Shown piece after piece: positions 9,658 through 20,973 of a DNA stretch of 64,000 bases. Numbering within the stretch: the first letter of the stretch is position 1; each line of letters opens with the position of its first letter. This DNA comes from an uncultured Oligoflexales bacterium (GTDB taxonomy: Bacteria > Bdellovibrionota_B > Oligoflexia > Oligoflexales > CAZZCU01), in assembly GCA_964652825.1 (NCBI GenBank), contig CAZZCU010000001.1, positions 67,249-131,248 of the forward strand, in the 5' to 3' direction. The notes below the pieces were generated by a model, which was not told the origin of the DNA, did not search any database, and worked only from the letters and a program-made list of their open reading frames with translations. The position numbers were made by a program, and so were the translations under genes.

Positions 9658-11877
9658 TTAAGTGAGTGAAGCTTGTCCAATCAAGATCAGTTCAAGTTCA
9701 GAAAAATTTTCGGCTATTGCCCGCAGTTTTTGTGCCTGAGTCGAGGTTTCCGTCGCCAAAATATAAGCACCCGAACCTTCGCCAAACCAAACATCACTTT
9801 CCCGCAACTGATCAGAAAGCAAACCCGATAAATTTAATTCATAGGATAATTCATACAATCGGCACATGCGTGCCACACACGTGGCGATACCGCCATCCGC
9901 GACATCGCGAGCCGCGGCCAATAAAGAATTCTTGCTGGCCTCCCGCAAAACCTTCGCCAGACTTTTTTCTGCTACCCAGGCGATCGGCGGCAAATCCTCA
10001 GAGCGACGGATAGGATCGATCATTTTTGCCACTAACGAACCAACGAACGAAAAATGCCGTGCGCTCGGCACCAACAACCAAAGCTGCGCCTTTTTATCGA
10101 GAACGGCAGGCACCACCCGTCGAACATCTTCAATGCGACCGACCATACCAATCATAGGTGTAGGATAAATGCTTTGTCCGTCGGTTTCATTGTAAAGACT
10201 GACATTGCCGCTCACCACGGCGATACCCAGTTGCTCGCAGGCTTCACTGATGCCATCGATACCAGCCGAAAAATCAGCCATAACCTCAGGATCTTCGGGG
10301 TTACCGTAGTTCATGCAATCGGTGATCGCGATCGGCTCGCCACCGGTGGCCGCAATCATGCGCGCGGATTTTAGCACGGCATATGCGGCGCCTAACTCGG
10401 CGTCCGCGGCACAATATCTTTCATTGCAACTCGTAGCTATCGCCAAGCCCAAATGCGGCGCCCCTTGATGCCATTCCGAGCGCAGCCAGATGACCGCCGC
10501 ACCTTCTTCGCGCGGACCAAGCACGGTGCGATTGCCGATATGCTGATCATATTGCGTATAAATATCCGTTTTTGGACCGGTATCTGTTAACAACTCCGCC
10601 AGAGCGCGATCGAATCCGCGCATCTTTATCCATTCATCACAAGCCCTCGCCACCTGAGCAGCATCGCTGCACGCGGTACGCAGGCGTTGCGGACGATCGT
10701 AGAGTGGTGCTTCCTCCGTCAACGGCAACACCGGCACATCAATATGCAACACGTCATCAAAGCTCATCTGCATACGCCCGGTAGCGGTCACAACACCAAT
10801 GACCGCATGCGCAAGTTCCCATTTACTTAACACTTTCGCAAGTGCCGGCCACTTCTCTGGCTCAACGACCATCAACATGCGCTCTTGCGATTCCGATAAC
10901 AATAATTCGTACGCCGTCATCGCCTGCGCGCGCACCGGAATTTTATTAAGATCAATATACAAACCATTGCCAGCACGACCCGCCATCTCAAACGACGACG
11001 ACGTCAAGCCTGCGGCGCCCATATCCTGCAAGCCCACCACCAAGCCGGCTTCAAGCACTTCCAGGGTCGCTTCGATCAACAGTTTTTCGGCGAACGGATC
11101 GCCAACTTGAATCGTACTACGCTCTTGACTGTCGCTCGTCACAAAACTATCCGAAGCCATGGTGGCACCATGAATACCATCGCGTCCCGTTGCCGAACCG
11201 ACGTACACCACGAGATTACCTGGTCCGCTGGCAAAACCCTTAAAGATACGATCTTCGTGAATCATGCCCACGGTCATTGCATTGACCAGGCAATTACCAT
11301 CATAAGTTTTATCGAAAGAAATATTGCCGCCCACCGTTGGTACGCCGACACAATTACCGTAGTCCCCAATACCCTGCACCGCGTGCGTGTAAATATAATT
11401 TGTCCGTGGGTGCTCGCGATCGCCAAAACGCAAACAATTTAAATTCGCAATCGGTCGCGCGCCCATGCAAAAAACATCACGCAAAATCCCACCAACACCG
11501 GTCGCCGCACCCTGATACGGTTCGATATAACTTGGATGATTGTGACTTTCCATTTTGAATGCCACGCAGAGTTTATCCTGCAAGCGAACAACACCGGCAT
11601 TCTCACCGGGTCCGACAACAACATTCGATCCCTTGGTGGGCAAACGCTTCAAATGAATACGCGAAGACTTATAGCTACAATGCTCGCTCCACATCGCCGA
11701 AAAAATGCCTAGCTCCGACAAACTTGGTGTTCTGCCAACGGCCGTCTTTATGCGTGCGTACTCTGCATCGTTGATTTTGTGTTTTTTCAAAAGCCGGCGC
11801 AGCACATCACTATCATGCTCGGCAATCGGCTCCGCTCTGGACATCTTGGTTGGATCAGCAAAATGCTCGCCACTCAT
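9658..11877 (-). CDS. purL: phosphoribosylformylglycinamidine synthase subunit PurL (FGAM synthase II)
   Basis: [32 protein letters not shown]. Track start is GTG 11901. ATG 11877 overlaps the purQ stop (ATGA), which I prefer. Confidence 0.95.
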   Translation of the reverse strand: MSGEHFADPTKMSRAEPIAEHDSDVLRRLLKKHKINDAEYARIKTAVGRTPSLSELGIFSAMWSEHCSYKSSRIHLKRLPTKGSNVVVGPGENAGVVRLQDKLCVAFKMESHNHPSYIEPYQGAATGVGGILRDVFCMGARPIANLNCLRFGDREHPRTNYIYTHAVQGIGDYGNCVGVPTVGGNISFDKTYDGNCLVNAMTVGMIHEDRIFKGFASGPGNLVVYVGSATGRDGIHGATMASDSFVTSDSQERSTIQVGDPFAEKLLIEATLEVLEAGLVVGLQDMGAAGLTSSSFEMAGRAGNGLYIDLNKIPVRAQAMTAYELLLSESQERMLMVVEPEKWPALAKVLSKWELAHAVIGVVTATGRMQMSFDDVLHIDVPVLPLTEEAPLYDRPQRLRTACSDAAQVARACDEWIKMRGFDRALAELLTDTGPKTDIYTQYDQHIGNRTVLGPREEGAAVIWLRSEWHQGAPHLGLAIATSCNERYCAADAELGAAYAVLKSARMIAATGGEPIAITDCMNYGNPEDPEVMADFSAGIDGISEACEQLGIAVVSGNVSLYNETDGQSIYPTPMIGMVGRIEDVRRVVPAVLDKKAQLWLLVPSARHFSFVGSLVAKMIDPIRRSEDLPPIAWVAEKSLAKVLREASKNSLLAAARDVADGGIATCVARMCRLYELSYELNLSGLLSDQLRESDVWFGEGSGAYILATETSTQAQKLRAIAENFSELELILIGQASLT

Positions 11878-12590
11878 AAAGACTCCACGAAGACGCGCCA
11901 CATGTCGACGCCATCAGTGCTACCACCCAACTCTTCTTTGATCGCACGCTCGGGATGCGGCATTAATCCAAAAATCCTGCCGCTGGCGTCTGTAATGCCG
12001 GCGATATTATCCAAAGAGCCGTTAGGATTCGCTGCTGATGACGTGTCGCCATGCGCGTCCGCGTATTGAACGACGACTTGGCCGTTATCCCATAATTTTT
12101 TTAAATCATCCGCCGATCCATAATATCGCCCCTCACCATGCGCGATAGGAATCCGCAAAGCTCGTCCGGCCAGTTCTTTTTGAAAAGCACTCGCGCCGTC
12201 TCGATTGACCTTCAGATCAACAAATTTGCAAATAAAACGACAATTCAGATTTCGCAGCAATACACCCGGCAACAAACCAGCTTCCGTTAAAATCTGAAAT
12301 CCATTGCAAATACCGATAACCGCGCCACCGCGGTTGGCAAAGTCTTTGATCGCAAACATCACCGGACTATGCGCCGCCAAGCCGCCACAACGCAGATAAT
12401 CACCGTAACTAAAACCACCTGGAATAATCAAACCATCCAACGGCGGCAGAGCCTTGGCGGTATGCCAGATTAAATCGACATCAATATCGAAGAGAGTTTT
12501 GAGTGCAAAGACGCAATCCTGGTCACAGTTGGAACCCGGGAATTGCACAAGGCCAATTCGGGTTTTACCAGTCGCTGTGAGTCGCGCCAT
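11874..12590 (-). CDS. purQ: phosphoribosylformylglycinamidine synthase glutaminase subunit PurQ
   Basis: [24 protein letters not shown] (catalytic Cys), MPHPER. Confidence 0.95.
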   Translation of the reverse strand: MARLTATGKTRIGLVQFPGSNCDQDCVFALKTLFDIDVDLIWHTAKALPPLDGLIIPGGFSYGDYLRCGGLAAHSPVMFAIKDFANRGGAVIGICNGFQILTEAGLLPGVLLRNLNCRFICKFVDLKVNRDGASAFQKELAGRALRIPIAHGEGRYYGSADDLKKLWDNGQVVVQYADAHGDTSSAANPNGSLDNIAGITDASGRIFGLMPHPERAIKEELGGSTDGVDMWRVFVESL

Positions 12591-12596
12591 GACTAT

Positions 12597-12833
12597 TTAC
12601 AACTTTCTTAGGCGAAAAGTCTCGGAAACAGGGTTGACCAAAAATTCTTTCGCAATGCGCTCAGCCTGCGTGGCCGCGTCATTCTCGTCACCTTCAATAT
12701 TTAATACGAAGCGTTTGCCGACTTTCACGTCAGCCACTGCGTTGTTGCCGAGGCGTGTCAAAGTCTCGCGAATAGCGCGCCCTTGAACATCAAGAACCTC
12801 GCCTTTTAGCTCAACCACGACCTCAAACTTCAT
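12597..12833 (-). CDS. purS: phosphoribosylformylglycinamidine synthase subunit PurS
   Basis: 78 aa. [13 protein letters not shown] is typical of PurS, and the gene sits directly upstream of purQ. Confidence 0.9.
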   Translation of the reverse strand: MKFEVVVELKGEVLDVQGRAIRETLTRLGNNAVADVKVGKRFVLNIEGDENDAATQAERIAKEFLVNPVSETFRLRKL

Positions 12834-13596
12834 CGCTATCCCCGTGCCCCGTATAGGTGAGTGCGGCCCGTCGGTATTCGCGGTTCATCCGCGCAATGAA
12901 TCCTACACTAATTTCTTTTGGACAAACAGCCTCACATTCGTACTGATTGGTACAATTGCCGAAGCCCTCTTTATCCATGATGTTCACCATATTCAAAACC
13001 CGACGTTCGCGTTCCGGCTGCCCCTGCGGGAGCAGCGATAAATGCGAGACTTTTGCGGCCACGAACAGCATCGCCGAAGCATTTTTACATGCCGCCACAC
13101 AAGCACCACAGCCAATACAAGCGGCGGCATCAAAGGCCGCATCAGCATCCTGCTTGGCAACCGGCAGACTGTTAGCATCCTGCGCTGCACCAGCATTAGT
13201 GGTAATAAATCCGCCGGATTGAATAATGCGATCAAACGCCGAACGATCAACCATCAGGTCTTTAACCACCGGAAAAGCTTTCGCCCGCCACGGCTCGATA
13301 TAAATATGCTCACCATCTTTAAAGCTGCGCATGTGCAACTGACAGGTTGTCACGGCTCGCTGTGGGCCATGCGGCTTACCATTAATTACCAGGGAACAGG
13401 CACCGCAAATACCCTCGCGACAATCATGATCAAAAGTCACCGGCTCTTCGCCTTTGTTCACCAGTTCTTCGTTCAATTGATCGAGCATCTCCAAAAACGA
13501 AACATCCGGGCTGACGTTCTTTATTTCGTACTGAACCATCTTGCCTTTGTCCGAGCTGCTACGCTGCCGCCAGATGTGCAAAATCAGATTCATCAT
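12823..13596 (-). CDS. sdhB: succinate dehydrogenase/fumarate reductase iron-sulfur subunit
   Basis: Cys clusters [32 protein letters not shown]. The track ORF extends to 13698. ATG 13596 overlaps the sdhA stop (ATGA) and is preferred. Confidence 0.93.
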   Translation of the reverse strand: MMNLILHIWRQRSSSDKGKMVQYEIKNVSPDVSFLEMLDQLNEELVNKGEEPVTFDHDCREGICGACSLVINGKPHGPQRAVTTCQLHMRSFKDGEHIYIEPWRAKAFPVVKDLMVDRSAFDRIIQSGGFITTNAGAAQDANSLPVAKQDADAAFDAAACIGCGACVAACKNASAMLFVAAKVSHLSLLPQGQPERERRVLNMVNIMDKEGFGNCTNQYECEAVCPKEISVGFIARMNREYRRAALTYTGHGDSDEV

Positions 13597-15503
13597 TTGT
13601 AGCTCCTCGTTGCGAGTTTCACATATTCGTATTTCAATTCCTCTTTGTGCAACGCGGCTTTCCCTTGCCCCTGATACTCCCAGACCTGTCCATAACAAAA
13701 CTTATCGTCTTGTCGTTGTGCTTCGCCATCGGGCGTTTGATACTCGGTACGGAAATGCCCGCCACATGATTCTTCACGAATCAACGCATCGCGACACATC
13801 AACTCACCAAATTCCAAAAAGTCTGCGACGCGTCCGGCCTTCTCAAGACTTTGATTCGTATTATCCGCTGCGCCAGGCACTCGCACGTTCTCCCAAAATT
13901 CCGCCCGCAATTCCGGAATGCGTTTGATGGCCTTTTCCAGACCTTCTTTGTTGCGTGCCATGCCGCAGTTATCCCACATGATGCGACCAAGTTCTTTGTG
14001 GAAGGAGTCCACTGAACGTTTGCCGTTAATGCTCAAAAACTTTTTGGTAAGATCACGTATCTGTGCTTCCGCCTGCTTGAACTCAGGATGATCGGTCGTG
14101 ACTTTCTCCAGTTTTTCGTTCGCCAGATAATTGCCGATCGTATACGGCAGAATAAAATAACCATCCGCCAAGCCCTGCATCAATGCACTGGCTCCCAATC
14201 GATTAGCGCCATGATCCGAAAAATTCGCCTCGCCGATCACATGCAGACCGGGAATCGTACTCATCAGATTGTAGTCAACCCACAGACCACCCATGGTGTA
14301 ATGTGGTGCCGGATAAATCCGCATCGGTTCGCTATAAGGATTCTCGGCGGTAATCTGCCGATACATATCGAACAAGTTACCATAGCGTTGACTGATCTTA
14401 TCTCTGCCGAGCCGACTAATCGCATCGCCAAAATCCAGATATACACCGAGTCCACCAGGTCCAACGCCATAACCGGCATCGCAGACTTCTTTGGCACTAC
14501 GAGAAGCGATATCGCGCGGCGCCAGATTACCAAAGCTCGGATACTTTCTCTCCAGATAGTAATCGCGCTCGCCTTCTGGAATATCCTGCGGTGCTCGTGT
14601 GTCACCTTTCTTTTTGGGCACCCAAACACGGCCGTCATTACGCAACGACTCCGACATCAGAGTTAACTTTGATTGATGATCGCCGTGCACGGGAATACAG
14701 GTCGGATGAATCTGCGTAAAACATGGATTGGCAAAACCAGCGCCGCGCTTATGCGCGCGATAAGTTGCTGTCACGTTGCAACCCATCGCATTCGTCGACA
14801 AGTAAAACACCGTACTGTAACCACCGGTGCCAAGTACCACGGCATCAGCGGCGTATGATTTAATTTCACCGCTCACCAGATCGCGCACAACAATCCCACG
14901 CGCTTTACCATTGATAACAACCAAGTCAAGCATCTCGGTACGCGGAAACATTTTCACCTGGCCAGTACCGATCTGTCGTGACAGCCCCGAATAAGCGCCG
15001 ATCAACAACTGCTGCCCGGTCTGTCCGCGCGCATAAAAAGTCCGGGAGACCTGCGCGCCGCCGAATGAGCGATTATCCAACAATCCGCCGTACTCACGCG
15101 CAAACGGTACGCCCTGCGCCACGCACTGATCGATGATATCAACGCTGACTTCCGCCAAACGATAAACGTTGGCTTCGCGCGCGCGGAAGTCGCCGCCCTT
15201 CACTGTGTCGTAAAACAAGCGATAAATGCTATCGCCGTCACCGCGATAATTTTTAGCCGCGTTAATGCCACCTTGCGCCGCGATACTATGCGCGCGCCGC
15301 GGACTGTCCTGAAAGCAAAAGCACATCACATTGTAGCCAAGCTCGGCGAGAGTCGACGCCGCCGACGCTCCCGCAAGACCGCTACCAACCACAATGACGC
15401 TGAATTTACGTTTGTTGGCCGGACTAACGAGCTTTAAATCAAATTTATGTTTTGACCATTTTTCCTGAATCGGGCCTGCTGGTATTTTCGCATCAAGTAT
15501 CAT
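13593..15503 (-). CDS. sdhA: succinate dehydrogenase/fumarate reductase flavoprotein subunit
   Basis: [15 protein letters not shown]-binding fold, [14 protein letters not shown] (FAD-linked His region), HYTMGGL, 636 aa. Confidence 0.95.
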   Translation of the reverse strand: MILDAKIPAGPIQEKWSKHKFDLKLVSPANKRKFSVIVVGSGLAGASAASTLAELGYNVMCFCFQDSPRRAHSIAAQGGINAAKNYRGDGDSIYRLFYDTVKGGDFRAREANVYRLAEVSVDIIDQCVAQGVPFAREYGGLLDNRSFGGAQVSRTFYARGQTGQQLLIGAYSGLSRQIGTGQVKMFPRTEMLDLVVINGKARGIVVRDLVSGEIKSYAADAVVLGTGGYSTVFYLSTNAMGCNVTATYRAHKRGAGFANPCFTQIHPTCIPVHGDHQSKLTLMSESLRNDGRVWVPKKKGDTRAPQDIPEGERDYYLERKYPSFGNLAPRDIASRSAKEVCDAGYGVGPGGLGVYLDFGDAISRLGRDKISQRYGNLFDMYRQITAENPYSEPMRIYPAPHYTMGGLWVDYNLMSTIPGLHVIGEANFSDHGANRLGASALMQGLADGYFILPYTIGNYLANEKLEKVTTDHPEFKQAEAQIRDLTKKFLSINGKRSVDSFHKELGRIMWDNCGMARNKEGLEKAIKRIPELRAEFWENVRVPGAADNTNQSLEKAGRVADFLEFGELMCRDALIREESCGGHFRTEYQTPDGEAQRQDDKFCYGQVWEYQGQGKAALHKEELKYEYVKLATRSYK

Positions 15504-15506
15504 TGC

Positions 15507-16214
15507 TCAACCCCCACTTACCGGCAGTGTAATAAAACCCAAATATACAGCCGCCGGCATGGATATGTTGCCCAGCGCCACACCCCATCCGTAGAACAGA
15601 CCCAAACGTCTGATCATCAGATTGTATTTGGAGTTATTGATGCCAAACGTCTGAAAGACGCTGCTCACACCGTGGCTCAAGTGCATGCCAAGCAGAATCA
15701 TGCTGATGATATAAAATCCCGATACATAGGGATTTTGAAAACCGCTCACCACCATATGATAAACATCGTGACGACCGACGCTGTCGAGGTAGTAGCCGGT
15801 GTTGTTAACAATATGCAGAGTAAAATGGGCAATGTGATAAGTGATGAACACAAACAAGACCGCACCGGTCAGCACCATGTGCTTTGAGGCCATGGTCAAC
15901 TGTACGTCTTTTTCGGCAGCGTAACGTATCGGACGAGCCCGACGATTTAAAATCGCCAGCCGCACGGCGAAACCAACGTGCATTATCAATAAAAGCAGCA
16001 AGCCGATTCGACCAGCCCACACCACACCGCGCATGCTTTGCATCGCCGCCGCATAGGCATTGATCGCATCCGGTCCGGCAAAGACCAGTAGATTTCCCGC
16101 AAGATGCTGCAAGACAAACAACGACAGCAACGTCCCCGTCACCGCCATCATTTGCTTGCTACCAATGGATGATTGTAATACCGGTCTCAACCAGCTCATC
16201 TGACCACTCCACAT
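15507..16214 (-). CDS. sdhC: succinate dehydrogenase/fumarate reductase cytochrome b subunit (single large anchor, type-B enzyme)
   Basis: 235 aa with about five hydrophobic segments and several His. Lies immediately upstream of sdhA (3-nt gap). No second anchor gene is present. Confidence 0.8.
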   Translation of the reverse strand: MWSGQMSWLRPVLQSSIGSKQMMAVTGTLLSLFVLQHLAGNLLVFAGPDAINAYAAAMQSMRGVVWAGRIGLLLLLIMHVGFAVRLAILNRRARPIRYAAEKDVQLTMASKHMVLTGAVLFVFITYHIAHFTLHIVNNTGYYLDSVGRHDVYHMVVSGFQNPYVSGFYIISMILLGMHLSHGVSSVFQTFGINNSKYNLMIRRLGLFYGWGVALGNISMPAAVYLGFITLPVSGG

Positions 16215-16281
16215 TCAACAAAGGCAAAATATGTATCCGTGGCCCGATCTTAGCAAATCAGAGCCAAAAAAATGAGAGCTT

Positions 16282-18858
16282 TTAGGCGCCCACGGTCACA
16301 CAAATGAGACGATCAAATGCAAACAACTTGCGCGCCACCGCCTGGACATCCACCTTGGTGACCGCCTCAATGCGACCCGGATAAAGCAGGAAGTCCTGAT
16401 GACCGACACCGTAGAGTTCCATCAAGGCCATGGTCATAGCTTGCGCGTCGCCACGCTGCATATCAGCCTCGTGACCGCCGACCAGATAATTGATGGCCCG
16501 CTGAAGCTCTTGATTTTCAATGGGTGTGTGACACATCATCTCGAATTGATTCATCATCGCGGCTTTGGCGCGATCCACCTTTTCCGGCGCACAGGCAATA
16601 TAAGAGCCAACAATCCCCGGGTGGAAGCCGTAGCTCGCCAGTGGCGACACCGAATAGGCGAGACTGTCTTTGTCGCGGAGATTGGTAAACAAGCGCCCAC
16701 CGGAACCACCCAATACTGCCGATAATACATCCAGTGCTGGTCTGGCGGGATCAAACCACGATAGGCCGCTAAAACCAAAAACGATATGAGTTTGCTCACG
16801 GTCTTTATGAATATGCGTTTCATGGGCTTTATTCGTGGCCACCGCTGCCTTCGCCGGCGCAAAATCCATAAAGCCGGTTTTCGGCCGCCAGGTTCCCATC
16901 GCCGCTCGTATCAAGGCCTCGATTTCGACCATGGATTGAGGTCCCGTGCCGGCGATAACCCACGGCATTTGATCCCGTTGCGCCTCAAAAAACCGCAACA
17001 GACTTTCCTCATTCATCGTCGCCACTGATTCGTTCGTGCCATGCAAGGGCAGGCGGTAGGGATGCGCCTCGAACACCAGTTCTTGAAATTTGCGGATGCA
17101 AACACCGGATGGCGAGTCATCCTGCGTGCGAATGTCTTCCAGAATTTCCCGTTTTAAGGTTTGCCATTGCTGCTTGGGAAATTTCGGTTGCAGAGCGCAG
17201 GCAAACAGGAGTTTGATAAAATCATTCGCCTGATCAGCCAAGCAGTGTAACTTCAGACCGAAGCTATCTTTACCGGAAAAACCATCGATAGCGGCACCAC
17301 GTCCTTCGACGATAGCCAACAATTCTTCGTAACTATATGTGGCCGTAGCCTTACCAAGCAGCCCCGTGCAGGCATTATAAATTCCGGCCGTCGCCGTCGT
17401 CTCCCCACGCAAGCCCCCATGCGCCGCCATCACCATACCAAACAACTGTGCCTCTGGATTTTGGCGATAAATTAACTTCAAGCCAGGAACAATATCCTTA
17501 ACTTCGGGCTGCAATCTTTTCGTGGTCATTTCAGCAGCGATGTAGGCTGTCGCGCTGATTTTTTGTCGCAACACACCGGCGACCCCCTCTGTAAAAGCCT
17601 CGATCATGGCGGCTTCCGTAATGGGGGCGCCCTCTGGCACCATGCCGACAATCACAGCTTTATTGGTATCTAGCCAACGACGGACGGCTTCGTTGACAAT
17701 GGTTGGCGGCGATTTCTCAACCAACGTCATATAAACATCATCAAAGAGCAGCTTATGACTGGTGGTGAGACCATGACCAAGAGCGCGTGCCTGGCCGGAA
17801 ACCGTTTCTTCCTGATAAACCCGATCGCTGCGCAAATTCGCGCGCGCGCGCGCCAGCTCATCTTCCGTGATCGGTTGGTCGGTCACCAAACGCGCAACCT
17901 CAGCGCCCGTCTCCCGAATCGTCGCCAGATAGGTATCCAGCATCGGATGCAAACTGATCTCAAAAATTCCGCCGAACTCAGGCGTATAGATCGCTGCTGA
18001 CGCCCCTGTTACCAGCTCCTTATCATCGCGTAGATTTCTGGCAAAACGACTGGACTCGCCGGACCCAAGAGCAAAAGCCGCAAGATCGAGACTTACCGTA
18101 TCGACATGTTCCAACTTGGGTGCGCGAAACACGATCTCAAGTCGTGGTTGCTGATAATCACCGTGCAGGAGTACCGCTTCCGTTTTTGTCTGCGGGCTTC
18201 GTTCGGGAAATTGCAGCGCATCAACAGGTCGGTCAGCAAGCTCACCAAAATATTTTTTGACGTAATCCCGCATATGAGCAACATCAAAATCACCGACAAT
18301 CACCAGCATCATATTACGTGGGCGATACCAGCGATCATGGAAAGCCACAACATGCTCGCGCTTAAAGCCACGCACTTCTTCCTCGAAACCAATAATCGGC
18401 CGCGCTGCCTCGGTGCCTGCAAAAGCTTTCTCAAAAATTTTGCGACCGACTTTGCTACCCGGACTGTCATTACCGCGACGAATCTCTTCGACAATAACTT
18501 CGATTTCGCGCTCCAGCTCCGTCGCGTCAAAGCTGCTGTTGATAATTGCATCCGCTAACAATTCAACCGCGGCTTCGCTGTGTTTGGAAGCCATGGTCAG
18601 ATAATAAACCGTGCGATCAAACGTCGTGTAAGCATTGATATCGCCGCCGCATGCCTCGACGGTCCGTGAAATCTCGCCGACGGCGCGCTTGGTTGTGCCC
18701 TTAAAAAGCATGTGCTCCAAGACATGCGCCATACCACGCTCATGACTGCGTTCGTGCATGGAGCCGGCACGCACCCAACACTGAACCGCGACCATTTTGG
18801 CAAAATGATTTTGTTTAAGAACAACTTCGATGCCGTTAGGCAGATAGTAATGCAGCAT
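16282..18858 (-). CDS. M16 (pitrilysin/insulinase) family zinc peptidase, two fused M16 units
   Basis: HVLEHMLFKGT inverted zinc motif (HxxEH) in the N-terminal half. 858 aa, consistent with an active plus an inactive M16 unit. Confidence 0.88.
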   Translation of the reverse strand: MLHYYLPNGIEVVLKQNHFAKMVAVQCWVRAGSMHERSHERGMAHVLEHMLFKGTTKRAVGEISRTVEACGGDINAYTTFDRTVYYLTMASKHSEAAVELLADAIINSSFDATELEREIEVIVEEIRRGNDSPGSKVGRKIFEKAFAGTEAARPIIGFEEEVRGFKREHVVAFHDRWYRPRNMMLVIVGDFDVAHMRDYVKKYFGELADRPVDALQFPERSPQTKTEAVLLHGDYQQPRLEIVFRAPKLEHVDTVSLDLAAFALGSGESSRFARNLRDDKELVTGASAAIYTPEFGGIFEISLHPMLDTYLATIRETGAEVARLVTDQPITEDELARARANLRSDRVYQEETVSGQARALGHGLTTSHKLLFDDVYMTLVEKSPPTIVNEAVRRWLDTNKAVIVGMVPEGAPITEAAMIEAFTEGVAGVLRQKISATAYIAAEMTTKRLQPEVKDIVPGLKLIYRQNPEAQLFGMVMAAHGGLRGETTATAGIYNACTGLLGKATATYSYEELLAIVEGRGAAIDGFSGKDSFGLKLHCLADQANDFIKLLFACALQPKFPKQQWQTLKREILEDIRTQDDSPSGVCIRKFQELVFEAHPYRLPLHGTNESVATMNEESLLRFFEAQRDQMPWVIAGTGPQSMVEIEALIRAAMGTWRPKTGFMDFAPAKAAVATNKAHETHIHKDREQTHIVFGFSGLSWFDPARPALDVLSAVLGGSGGRLFTNLRDKDSLAYSVSPLASYGFHPGIVGSYIACAPEKVDRAKAAMMNQFEMMCHTPIENQELQRAINYLVGGHEADMQRGDAQAMTMALMELYGVGHQDFLLYPGRIEAVTKVDVQAVARKLFAFDRLICVTVGA

Positions 18859-18874
18859 GAAAACTCAACTTTTC

Positions 18875-19885
18875 TTAGAGCGAGATACTCATATTCAAAT
18901 TCACCGCATGATGCGCGCTTTGATCGCGCATATCTTCGCGACTGGCGCCGTAGGAAATCGACACCTGATTATTAACAATGGCAATACCACCCGCGAGCAA
19001 ACGACGGCCATCACTATTTGCCGACTGTCCATAAGCGCCCAGAATGCGGACAACATCGTAAACGCGCGCCGAAAACGAACCAATAACCATCTGCTCCGGC
19101 TTTAACACCGGCTCAGACGCGGCGGCCGCAGAGTCATTAACACCAAAAGTCATCGGCTCGGCAAAACCCGCCTCCAACGAACGGATGCGGTCGCGCTGGC
19201 GAAAATCCAAATGCGCCGTCACATCGCCACCACCAAAAATCCAAGCGACACCCGCGCGCAACGTCCTCGGTGCATACTCAGCGATTTTGGCATTCGCCAG
19301 ATTCTCCGCCGACGCGCCGACACGAATAGTCGGTGTTAGCAAGCTGGCGACACCGAGGCCAAGGCCCCAACCTTTAACAAGAGGATCCGTCGGTGCAGTC
19401 AGTGGTACGCCCTCGACAAAATGCCCAGCCAGGCCGATCGACAAGGACTTGAACGCCTGCGCGATGCCGACACTGGCACGCCGCACAACCGGCGAATCCA
19501 ACTGCTCGGCCATTGCCGCGTCCGCAGAATTATAAGTATCAGCAAAGCCCGTGTACGACATCCCGGCTGCCAACGATGAAGTTTTGGAGTCAAGAATGCC
19601 AACCTGATAAAAATCACGGCCATTACGCGGCCAATGATAGCCGCCGGAGACCGTATATACCGGCTCCATTGCCAGCATTGCAGGATTCAAACGCACCGAA
19701 GCAATCCCGGCCGCGGCGGCCATCCCGGCATTGCCAAGTCCGAGTACATGATCGCCAACACTTTCGTATTCATCGGGAAGCACGCCAGTTAGTTGCGCGT
19801 CCGTCCCAGACAATCCCGTCGCGGCGTAGCTCGTCGTTAAGACAATCAGCAAGATCCATCGATTAGCTTGATAAGACATTCGCAT
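18875..19885 (-). CDS. putative outer-membrane beta-barrel protein (hypothetical)
   Basis: Signal-peptide-like N-terminus MRMSYQANRWILLIVLTTSYAATG. ATG 19885 has AAGGGG upstream, whereas the track start is 19924. The sequence is Gly/Ala/Ser-rich with an alternating pattern. No family recognised. Confidence 0.5.
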   Translation of the reverse strand: MRMSYQANRWILLIVLTTSYAATGLSGTDAQLTGVLPDEYESVGDHVLGLGNAGMAAAAGIASVRLNPAMLAMEPVYTVSGGYHWPRNGRDFYQVGILDSKTSSLAAGMSYTGFADTYNSADAAMAEQLDSPVVRRASVGIAQAFKSLSIGLAGHFVEGVPLTAPTDPLVKGWGLGLGVASLLTPTIRVGASAENLANAKIAEYAPRTLRAGVAWIFGGGDVTAHLDFRQRDRIRSLEAGFAEPMTFGVNDSAAAASEPVLKPEQMVIGSFSARVYDVVRILGAYGQSANSDGRRLLAGGIAIVNNQVSISYGASREDMRDQSAHHAVNLNMSISL

Positions 19886-20008
19886 AGCTACCCCTTTTTG
19901 TGTGCGAGGGTCGCACGCTATCATGACAAGAGATTATGATAGCAGAATCAACGCCCGAACACATGTCGCGTCAGCAGCAACGCGATGATGACCCGAGAGG
20001 GGAAAAGC

Positions 20009-20356
20009 TTATTTCTTCGCGGGCGCAGGCTCCAACGACTTCGACAAACCACTGATATGGGGTTTCAAGACCTTGATCGTGGCATTGCTACCGACTTCCA
20101 GACTGACAAAAGTGTCGGCCACGGAACGAACTTTGCCAATGATTCCACCGGAGGTGATCACTTCATCGCCAACTTTCAAAGCCGCCAGAAGCGTCGCATG
20201 TTCGCGCGCCTTACGTTGCTGCGGACGAATCATGAACATGTACATAATCAGCAAAAAAACTGCCGGCATAAGGAGCAAATCAAACATTCCCGGACCGGCA
20301 GCCTGACCGCCCTGAGCATAAGCTGTTTCGACCAAACTTAATAATTCCAATTTCAT
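20009..20356 (-). CDS. yajC: preprotein translocase subunit YajC
   Basis: LLMPAVFLLIMYMFMIRPQQRKAREHATLLAALKVGDEVITSGGIIGKV. ATG 20356 is preceded by GGAGG. The track start at 20368 is a GTG that contains this SD. Confidence 0.9.
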   Translation of the reverse strand: MKLELLSLVETAYAQGGQAAGPGMFDLLLMPAVFLLIMYMFMIRPQQRKAREHATLLAALKVGDEVITSGGIIGKVRSVADTFVSLEVGSNATIKVLKPHISGLSKSLEPAPAKK

Positions 20357-20383
20357 GTCGTCCTCCACAAGAGACAGCGGAGA

Positions 20384-20953
20384 TTACCGAATGCTCTCAC
20401 GAAGATCAACACTCAGAGCCCGAAGCTGGCGAAGCTCCCAGGCAACGACCGCACGGGCTGCCAACCAAAACACCAGGGTAAACACCCCCGCTGCCAGCAA
20501 ACTCCCCAGATACAGACAGAAACCAATTCCTTCGCAATATCGCGATAAGTATTCAGGATGATTAATAAATTTGTATGGCCCGGATGCCGTACGCGGATAG
20601 CCGCTAACAAAAACGCAGCGCATCGACCAACGATGCCCAAGACTACGCATAGCCCACAACCGCAACACCAAAGCGCCAAGAATCAGGGCGAGCCCACTCA
20701 TTTGTAGCGACGTTGGGACAACGACTGCGGAATGGCCGCCCTTCACCCGCCAATAATAATCAACAAAGGTCAGCGGGATCGCCAAGAAACCCACAAAATA
20801 AAAAATGCGCATGCGTTTTGCGAGAATCTCCTCGCCACCAGCAAAAATCAAAAAATCATAATTAACACGATGAATCCGATACTCCGCTAAACGTGTCAGC
20901 AGATACGCCAGAATCAACGCCATCCATGACATCAGTAGGAAATTCAAACTCAT
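20384..20953 (-). CDS. isoprenylcysteine carboxyl methyltransferase (ICMT)/phospholipid methyltransferase-like membrane protein
   Basis: Polytopic, with a C-terminal GPYKFINHPEYLS motif. ATG 20953 is preferred over the track start 21055, which would overlap the divergent helicase gene. Confidence 0.55.
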   Translation of the reverse strand: MSLNFLLMSWMALILAYLLTRLAEYRIHRVNYDFLIFAGGEEILAKRMRIFYFVGFLAIPLTFVDYYWRVKGGHSAVVVPTSLQMSGLALILGALVLRLWAMRSLGHRWSMRCVFVSGYPRTASGPYKFINHPEYLSRYCEGIGFCLYLGSLLAAGVFTLVFWLAARAVVAWELRQLRALSVDLRESIR

Positions 20954-20973
20954 ATAGCCTCGCTCAACGCCCA

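Noticed and set aside
17850-17864. 15-nt alternating CG run (Z-DNA or slippage-prone)
   Set aside because: It lies in frame inside the M16 peptidase gene, encoding an Ala-Arg repeat (ELARARANL). It is short and has no sign of frame disruption.
20954-20973. Only 20 bp between the divergent ICMT-like and helicase start codons
   Set aside because: The figure depends entirely on my start-codon choices (helicase could start at 20992; the track ORFs even overlap). It is not robust enough to interpret.
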